64,000 bases of DNA from Candidatus Latescibacterota bacterium. Lineage in GTDB: Bacteria > Latescibacterota > UBA2968. Position numbers and translations under genes: made by a program. Below, piece after piece: positions 57,537 through 64,000 of this stretch. Each line of letters begins with the position of its first letter. Position 1 is the first letter of the stretch. The notes beneath the pieces are model-generated. The model saw only the letters and a list, made by a program, of their open reading frames with translations. It made no database searches and was not told the DNA's origin. The stretch spans positions 5,344,001 through 5,408,000 of the forward strand of contig OZ242320.1 of assembly GCA_965208125.1 (NCBI GenBank). Direction: 5' to 3'.

Positions 57537-58154
57537 CTATAGCCCCTGCAACTCAATCTCACCAGCGGCAATGCGCTGCAATGTCCGGACGTAAAGCCTG
57601 TGTTCCTGTTGCAGCACCCGGGCCGATAGGGTCTCGACCGAATCCCCAGGCTCAACCGGCACCTGGACCTGATCCAAAACCTGACCGTGGTCGTATTCTT
57701 CGTCAACCAGATGCACCGTGGCCCCGGTCTCGCGCTCACCCGCGGCCAACACCGACCGATGCACGACCTCCCCGTAAAAACCCTGACCGCCAAACCTCGG
57801 CAACAGAGATGGATGGATATTGAGGACGCGCCCCCTGTACGCTGCCAAAGTCCTCGGCCCCAACCGTTTCATATACCCGGCAAGACAGACCACCTCGACT
57901 CCATATTCATGCAAAATCGCCAGAATGGCCCCATCCAGAGCGCCGGGTTCGGAATGGGTATAGGTACTCAAATGCACCGCTGGCACGCCCATCTTTCTCG
58001 CCCGCTGCAAAGCTCCGGAATCCGAGTTATTGCTGATGACCACACGGGGTCTGGCCTGCAATCGTCCTGTTTTACAGGCGTCGAGAATAGCCTGCAAATT
58101 GGTACCTCTATGCGAAGCCAGAAAGCCCAGTTGCAAGACCCTTCTACTCGGCAT
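57537..58154 (-). CDS. purN: Phosphoribosylglycinamide formyltransferase
   Basis: ASHRGTNLQAI, CLAGYMKRL, LNIHPSLLP, ETGATVHLVDEEYDHG, EH. Confidence 0.95.
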   Translation of the reverse strand: MPSRRVLQLGFLASHRGTNLQAILDACKTGRLQARPRVVISNNSDSGALQRARKMGVPAVHLSTYTHSEPGALDGAILAILHEYGVEVVCLAGYMKRLGPRTLAAYRGRVLNIHPSLLPRFGGQGFYGEVVHRSVLAAGERETGATVHLVDEEYDHGQVLDQVQVPVEPGDSVETLSARVLQQEHRLYVRTLQRIAAGEIELQGL

Positions 58155-58168
58155 TTTCTCGCTCCTTC

Positions 58169-59908
58169 CTATCCCGACTTCTCCCCCGGCTTGCGATAAG
58201 ACGCCGCGTACCGATCACCCTCCGGATCGTACGACACATGGACCTGTCCATCCCGCACGACCAACCTGGGCACTGTGCGATCCCATCCATCGCGCTCGGG
58301 ACCGCGCATAACCGCAAACTGTTCCTCGGTCATATCTTCGACCATATCGCCCCAGCGCTCCTGGGGATCGATCACGCCACCGCCCCAGTTGGAATTTTTA
58401 GACTGATATTTAACCAGCACGCCCCGTCTGGGAATCGGATTTTTCCACGCCAGCGCGCCGTGTGTACACCCGCCATCCATAAAAAATAACACATCTCCCG
58501 CTTTCATCGCTGGCTGCACCACCAGGCCCATCGTCTCGTCGCATGTGCGGATTCCCGGAGGCATAGAATACTGCGTCTTATGAGAACCCGGCACACAGGC
58601 AAACCCACCCAACTCCGGCTCCACATCCCGCAACTGCCACGTAATCGTCACCGTCTCGCAATAACTCCGCCCATTCTTAAACTGGTAGCCCCGCGACGGA
58701 CTCATCGGCTCATTCCCATCGTGCAACGCGTGGCCCGAAGTCCCTTGCACCGCGCAAAACACCGTACCACCACCCGTGCGATATCCGCTGGCTCCCATCC
58801 AGTTCAGCCGATGCACCACAGCGGGATGGGCAATCATGCGCCGGAACGGATCGCAATAAGGCGCGGGTAAATCCACCAGCCCCGGCAACAACGGTCGCCC
58901 AGTCCCGGCCTGGCTCTTCGAACCGCGCGCCAGTTCTGCACCAACCTCAATCCGATCCTGAAATTTATCCACCGCCTCATTCGCCTTTTCCAGCCATTCC
59001 TCATCCATCACCCCGCGCACCACCAGATACCCATTTAAATCCCAAAAATAAAATTCCTTCTCATCAATTTTTGAATCTGGATCCCGAATATAAATCGAAG
59101 GATGAATCACCTCAGAACTCTCTTCCACCCATGTCTTTTCGCCATCGGTATTCAGCACTGGCGGCGGATTAGATCCCTTAGCTCCCGGCCTGTACATCAC
59201 CGCCTTCTGTTCGGGAGGCGCACTCTCCGTCCACCCGGGTCGCGTTTCGGTCTCAGCCCCCGGTCCTGATCCATTCGACTGAATAACCGCCCGCCCCGCA
59301 TACCAGTACGTCAACAGCCGTTTCGGTGAACCCGTCCACGGGCGCATCCCATGTAACGTAGTCTCAGCCAACAAAAACAAATCTCCCGCCTTCAGCACCG
59401 GCTGTTTCACCAGCTCCATATCGTCCTGCCCGGTCGCCAAATCCTCGGGCGTTTCCACATTGCTCTTGTGGCTCGCCTGAACCACCACCAGCCCGCCATC
59501 CCCATCCTCCACATCCTCCAGCACCCAGATCGCCTTCACCCCCTGGCACGACCGGCGACCATTTTGAAGAAAATAAGCCCGGGACGGATTTCGAGGTTCA
59601 TCTCCGCCCACCAGCCCCTGCCCGATCTCCCCCTCCCGGCTACCCAGCAACCGGGGCGCCTGATCCAATCGGAACCCATGCCCGATAATCTGATTCAAAT
59701 ACCATACCAATTGCGGATGCACCAGCAAATCCCGAAACAGATCCCGCTGGGGTGCCTCCCAGCCCAGCATGCCTTCAGACGCGCCCGCCTCGTCCATTGC
59801 TCTATTCAAAGCCTCAACTTCCCCACGACTCAACACCCCTGGAACGTGCAAATAACCGGCAACATCAAACGCATAATTCTCTTCATTGCTCATCTCTTCC
59901 CGGTCCAT
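58169..59908 (-). CDS. Tandem two-domain PhyH-family protein, paralog B
   Basis: Start at ATG 59908 (MDREEMSNEENY, AGGAGG RBS) by alignment to paralog A; the C-domain has LHDGN...THG. Confidence 0.85.
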   Translation of the reverse strand: MDREEMSNEENYAFDVAGYLHVPGVLSRGEVEALNRAMDEAGASEGMLGWEAPQRDLFRDLLVHPQLVWYLNQIIGHGFRLDQAPRLLGSREGEIGQGLVGGDEPRNPSRAYFLQNGRRSCQGVKAIWVLEDVEDGDGGLVVVQASHKSNVETPEDLATGQDDMELVKQPVLKAGDLFLLAETTLHGMRPWTGSPKRLLTYWYAGRAVIQSNGSGPGAETETRPGWTESAPPEQKAVMYRPGAKGSNPPPVLNTDGEKTWVEESSEVIHPSIYIRDPDSKIDEKEFYFWDLNGYLVVRGVMDEEWLEKANEAVDKFQDRIEVGAELARGSKSQAGTGRPLLPGLVDLPAPYCDPFRRMIAHPAVVHRLNWMGASGYRTGGGTVFCAVQGTSGHALHDGNEPMSPSRGYQFKNGRSYCETVTITWQLRDVEPELGGFACVPGSHKTQYSMPPGIRTCDETMGLVVQPAMKAGDVLFFMDGGCTHGALAWKNPIPRRGVLVKYQSKNSNWGGGVIDPQERWGDMVEDMTEEQFAVMRGPERDGWDRTVPRLVVRDGQVHVSYDPEGDRYAASYRKPGEKSG

Positions 59909-60013
59909 CTCTGACCTCCTGTTGGAAGATTGGGGTTTGTCTCTGCATTGTCGAAATATGGTACGCCAACTTTTTGCCCAATCCAACAAAAAAGTTTTGA
60001 AGCGCCAAAAACG

Positions 60014-60050
60014 CAAAACCGGGACCTGCAGCACAGCCGTAAGCCCCGGT
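60014..60050 (-). terminator. Hairpin downstream of the sterol desaturase-family gene, related to 57507-57536
   Basis: Minus strand ACCGGGGCTTACG...TGCAGGTCCCGGTTTTG followed by CGTTTTT. Confidence 0.55.
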
Positions 60051-60074
60051 CTAAAAATCCTGTATTTCCGGATA

Positions 60075-61091
60075 TTAAATCTGATGCACCGCCTTGCGCT
60101 TTGCGCGCATACTGGCGTGCGATTCTGGCGATCCATCGTGAAACGTGCCAAACCAGTAATCAAACGGAAAATCATTCTCCCCGTAATTGCACTCAAAATA
60201 GCGGTGATGTAACTGGTGAAAAAACGATGCCGCGGGCATTTTATCACTCCCTCCCACCTCAATTTTATCAAACCCCACGTGCCCCTGTGCTGGCGTAAAT
60301 GCCGCATGTTGTGCATTCATCAACATGTGAATCGGATGGGATGGCACCACCCAGTGAATCAGAATACAGCTAAAATACAACAAATGCTCAATCGGGTGCA
60401 TAGCCAGCCCGGACCACGGCCCAATATTGATATTCTTGTGATGCAAATAATGCGCGGACTTGTACAGCGGTTTCCAATGGGTCAGGCGGTGAGTCCAATA
60501 AAAATGGAAAAGCCGCCAGAACTGAATACCGCACAACAACACAACAAAGTAGATCGGCTCCGTGCGCCAATCAACATAGGGAATTATCTCATTGGCAAAC
60601 GCCCACATAGAAACCACTTCATAAGCCGTCCAGATCGTGCCCCCACTCACACAACTCCAGAAAATATTATCGCGCAGTTGATTGCCCCACAAAAACTTGC
60701 GGTTCGATGTCGCAAGCCATTTCGACGTGTATTTATACCGCGTACCCTGCGCCTTGAACCTGTAAAAATACACATGCCACGCGCCTGCAATGACGATTAG
60801 CATCGCTATATTGCGCACATACATCTCGGCAATCCAATCCACGCGAAATTCCACACAGCGCTCGAGCGCGGGTTGTAAATAAAGCCATGTCCCAATGGCA
60901 ATAAGCATATAAATCGCATTCCAGGGCCACAAATAACCCGGAAAACCGAACATCCACTTCAGCGCCTCAACAGGGCGCGGAGGCCATGCAAAAATCGGCG
61001 CAGGCGCCGGGCGTTTTGCGGGCTGCCACTCGCCACTTTCATCCCGGGAAACGCCATCTACAACTTCCTTCTCCACTCTGGTATCAGCCAT
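60075..61091 (-). CDS. Sterol desaturase / fatty acid hydroxylase superfamily protein
   Basis: His boxes HRLTH, HYLHH and HQLHH, plus HPIEH and NYG...DYWFGT. Confidence 0.9.
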   Translation of the reverse strand: MADTRVEKEVVDGVSRDESGEWQPAKRPAPAPIFAWPPRPVEALKWMFGFPGYLWPWNAIYMLIAIGTWLYLQPALERCVEFRVDWIAEMYVRNIAMLIVIAGAWHVYFYRFKAQGTRYKYTSKWLATSNRKFLWGNQLRDNIFWSCVSGGTIWTAYEVVSMWAFANEIIPYVDWRTEPIYFVVLLCGIQFWRLFHFYWTHRLTHWKPLYKSAHYLHHKNINIGPWSGLAMHPIEHLLYFSCILIHWVVPSHPIHMLMNAQHAAFTPAQGHVGFDKIEVGGSDKMPAASFFHQLHHRYFECNYGENDFPFDYWFGTFHDGSPESHASMRAKRKAVHQI

Positions 61092-61196
61092 CTTGATCCT
61101 CCTTGTGTATGCAGCGTTCAGTAGTCAGCCCGCGCACTCCAGCCCCTCTTTACTTCCTCCTTCACACTTCCTGTTTCACACTTTCACACTTCCTAT

Positions 61197-61856
61197 CTAA
61201 ATCCTTCCGCTGACCCACTGAATACCCCGCACTAACACCGACTGAAAATTTCCATCCTTCCACGTCTGATTGTCGTGCCCACTTTGGAAGCAAAACACCC
61301 GCGTACCATTGTATTGTCGCGTCCAGCCGATAGACTTCATACACGCCGGATGATCTGTCGTCAACAGCAAATGGCTATCCGAATCTGGCTCATCCATCAC
61401 ATACGTCTCATCGATCATCTCCCAATCGGATATCTCCCGCGTAATTGGATGATCCCCATCCTCTACCGCAATCCGCATCACCTCATCGTGGCTGAACGAT
61501 TCAAACGACCCCGCAACAACACCGGCCATCTGCACCCAGGGATCCCAATTGGGAAATGCCAAAATCGCGTGGTGCAACAACACAATCCCCTTACCCGTCG
61601 CCAGCCAGGACTCCAGCGCGCTTAGAGGTCGCCCCATCCACCCGGGGCGGTTCTCATCTGTCGGACCTTCCTTGTGCATATTATAAAACACAACCACATC
61701 GTAGAAATCGCGCTCCTCTGCTCGTGGCGATGCAAAATCCTCCAGAGACTGAATATAGGCATCCACGCCATCCAGATTGCGAAACAACCCGTGAAAATTC
61801 GGCACATCGAAACGGTGGCCGCCGGTCACCACCGCAACCTTAATAGAATCGTCCAT
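61197..61856 (-). CDS. ThuA-like (class I glutamine amidotransferase-fold) protein
   Basis: ATG 61856 after GGAGG; VTGGH, YDVVVFY, GIVLLHHA, HPIT...DETY, RVFCFQSGHD, RGIQW. Confidence 0.85.
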   Translation of the reverse strand: MDDSIKVAVVTGGHRFDVPNFHGLFRNLDGVDAYIQSLEDFASPRAEERDFYDVVVFYNMHKEGPTDENRPGWMGRPLSALESWLATGKGIVLLHHAILAFPNWDPWVQMAGVVAGSFESFSHDEVMRIAVEDGDHPITREISDWEMIDETYVMDEPDSDSHLLLTTDHPACMKSIGWTRQYNGTRVFCFQSGHDNQTWKDGNFQSVLVRGIQWVSGRI

Positions 61857-61881
61857 AAATGTACCTCCCGTAAAATATAAC

Positions 61882-63330
61882 CTATCTCCCTCGATCTGTC
61901 TCCCAAACCGGTCTTTCCTGCCACGGCTCAAAATCTGGATTCTCCTCGGGAATTTTGGCTTCGATCTCCTCCTGCCATCCCTTCAGAAGCTCGTGCAACC
62001 GATCTCGTACATCGGGCAATTCATCTGAGAGGTCATGAACCTCGCCAATATCCTCTCGCAAATTGTACAACTCGACATGCCCGGATTCAAAAAACTCGAT
62101 CAGCTTATAATCCCCCGCTCGAACCGAAGATCCAGGCGTCCCTCCCTGATTGCCATAATGCGGAAAATGCCAGAAAATCGCATCGCGCGCAAGATCGTCC
62201 CCCCTCAACAAAGGCGCGATACTCACGCCATCGCAATGCTGATCGGGAATCAGATCCAGGCCCGCCATTTCCAATATCGTCGGATAATAATCTGTACTCG
62301 TCACAGGAACATCGCAAACAGACCCCGCCCTTGCCACACCGGGCCATTTGACAATCAGCGGCTCTCGCGTTCCGCCTTCATACATCCAGCCCTTGCCCTC
62401 GGCGAGCGGCGCATTGCACGTCGGCGAACCTTCACTCGTCGCCAACCCACCATTATCTGAGGTAAACATAATCGCGGTATTATCGGCAATACCCGCCTCT
62501 TCCAGCGCATCCAAAATGCGCCCCACACTCTCATCCATGCTCTCGATCATCGCGGCGTACACCGGATCGGACTGCACCGTCCGCCGCGTAATGCGCCTGT
62601 CCTTTTTGTGTTCCCCCGGAAAGAAATCACCCTCCTCAAACGGCTCAATTTTATCCAGACCCATCTTCTTCGCTTTCTCTTCGTACTTCTCAATCTTTTC
62701 CCGCTTCGCCTGAATAGGCGTATGCACCGTATAATACCACAAATTCAGGAAAAACGGGCGATCATCGCGGTTCTCGATCAAATCTATGACGCGATCCGTC
62801 AAGTAATCCGTCAAATACGTGCCATCTGGAACATCCACATCATCCAGCACCGGAATCGTCCAGGGACTAAAATAACCCCCGCGCCCGGGGGAACCGTGTT
62901 CGCACCCGCCCACATTCACTTCAAACCCGTGTTCTTCGGGATAAAATGCGGGTCCACCCAAATGCCATTTGCCAACATGCCAGGTCGCATATCCCCCGTC
63001 CTTCATCGCCTGTGCAACCGTGCGCTCTTCATGGGGCAAATACCTGAAATAGGGCACATCGATCAATTTTCCGCGATTGGGATGATTTCTCCCGGCCCAA
63101 TCAATAAAATTCGTCACCCCAACCCGCGCGGGATATTTGCCACTCATCACACTCGCGCGCGTTGGCGAACACACCGGACACGACGCGTACGCATCTGTAA
63201 ACTTCATCCCCTCGGCGCACAACCGATCCAGATTGGGCGTCTCGTAAAATTCACTCCCGTAACACGTCGTATCTGCCCACCCGTAATCGTCCAGCAAAAT
63301 AAAAATAATATTGGGTTTGTCCATTTCCAT
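61882..63330 (-). CDS. Sulfatase (arylsulfatase A-like, Cys-type formylglycine)
   Basis: KPNIIFILLDD, CSPTRAS, GKWHLG, VHTP, SDNG, GKGWMYEGG. Confidence 0.95.
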   Translation of the reverse strand: MEMDKPNIIFILLDDYGWADTTCYGSEFYETPNLDRLCAEGMKFTDAYASCPVCSPTRASVMSGKYPARVGVTNFIDWAGRNHPNRGKLIDVPYFRYLPHEERTVAQAMKDGGYATWHVGKWHLGGPAFYPEEHGFEVNVGGCEHGSPGRGGYFSPWTIPVLDDVDVPDGTYLTDYLTDRVIDLIENRDDRPFFLNLWYYTVHTPIQAKREKIEKYEEKAKKMGLDKIEPFEEGDFFPGEHKKDRRITRRTVQSDPVYAAMIESMDESVGRILDALEEAGIADNTAIMFTSDNGGLATSEGSPTCNAPLAEGKGWMYEGGTREPLIVKWPGVARAGSVCDVPVTSTDYYPTILEMAGLDLIPDQHCDGVSIAPLLRGDDLARDAIFWHFPHYGNQGGTPGSSVRAGDYKLIEFFESGHVELYNLREDIGEVHDLSDELPDVRDRLHELLKGWQEEIEAKIPEENPDFEPWQERPVWETDRGR

Positions 63331-64000
63331 TAAATCTCCACATCCACACTCTTGCCAGAAGCCCCCGACTCGCGTGCGGCGTGCAACACCTGCATCACCC
63401 GCAAACCGTGCTCCGCGGTAATAATCAGTTCCTCACCCTCGCGCAAATGCCGCGCGATATTCGCGTGCAGATTTTCGCGCGGTACCGCATCGGTACGCAC
63501 TTCCTCAGAATCTTCACCGTAAACCGTCACCTCGCCACCGCCTCCACGTTCACACACAAGCGTGGCTTCCGTACCCAGAACAACCCACTTATACGGCAGA
63601 GAATAAAAAGAAATATCCGCCTTGGCAGCACGCGCGCGTACCCCATTGTCAAACACCATCACAATATCGAACAAATCGTCTGAATCGCCCCACTTCGTAT
63701 GCCGCACATCGGCAAATACCGATACCACCTTGTGACCCGACATCAAATCGATAATCTGCTCGACCCAGTGCGGGCCAAAATCCAGCAACGTTCCCCCACC
63801 TGCCGCGGCTGTCACGCGCCATTGCTGATTGTAATCGGGCACGCCAAAACCCACAGCGGGACGCGCCCCCATCGTGCGATTCTCAAGCGAAACAATCTCG
63901 CCAACCGCACCATCTAAAACCGCGTGCTTCACCAGACAATAATCGCGATCATAATGCCGGTTGTGGTGCATCGTCAACACTACGCCATTATCTCTGGCAG
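63330..64000 (-). CDS. Gfo/Idh/MocA-family oxidoreductase, C-terminal part (5' end outside window)
   Basis: HHNRHYD, GAVGEI, WRV...GGGTLLDFGPHWVEQ. The frame is open to the window edge. Confidence 0.85.
   Translation of the reverse strand, partial: ARDNGVVLTMHHNRHYDRDYCLVKHAVLDGAVGEIVSLENRTMGARPAVGFGVPDYNQQWRVTAAAGGGTLLDFGPHWVEQIIDLMSGHKVVSVFADVRHTKWGDSDDLFDIVMVFDNGVRARAAKADISFYSLPYKWVVLGTEATLVCERGGGGEVTVYGEDSEEVRTDAVPRENLHANIARHLREGEELIITAEHGLRVMQVLHAARESGASGKSVDVEI

Noticed and set aside
59909-60316. 135-aa N-terminal extension of the 715-aa ORF
   Set aside because: It overlaps the desaturase gene and a terminator-like hairpin. Paralog A and the RBS define the start at 59908.

Overview
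A 64-kb, gene-dense bacterial window with no rRNA, tRNA, CRISPR array or transposase/integrase that I could detect. Most genes lie on the minus strand. The gene content includes many PhyH-type Fe/2OG oxygenases, three DUF6785/DUF6784-like polytopic membrane proteins, FG-GAP/ASPIC-UnbV proteins, GWxTD, a PorV-like barrel, a TonB-dependent receptor and a sulfatase. This suggests a diderm FCB-related candidate-phylum organism such as Latescibacterota (inference only). The most striking structure is at 32.9-39.4 kb: three tandem LacI paralogs, each associated with a sigma-54 (-24/-12) promoter motif and upstream enhancer-like repeats. Copies 1 and 3 have an almost identical HTH but divergent sensor domains. 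Copy 2 has lost its HTH but keeps an intact sensor domain, the best-matching promoter, three TGT-N11-ACA sites and its own terminator. Copy 1 appears separated from its promoter by a 2.3-kb insertion (ATG at both junctions) carrying an FGE-fold protein and a MauG-type Tyr-ligated diheme enzyme. Next to this array is a SusD-less module of OM barrel, TBDR, a T9SS-CTD-like protein, a PorV-like barrel and GWxTD. Other highlights are tandem PhyH fusions with halogenase-like H-x-A/G motifs and an UnbU/UnbV-like operon without a PKS. All family assignments come from motif recognition by eye; no database searches were run.
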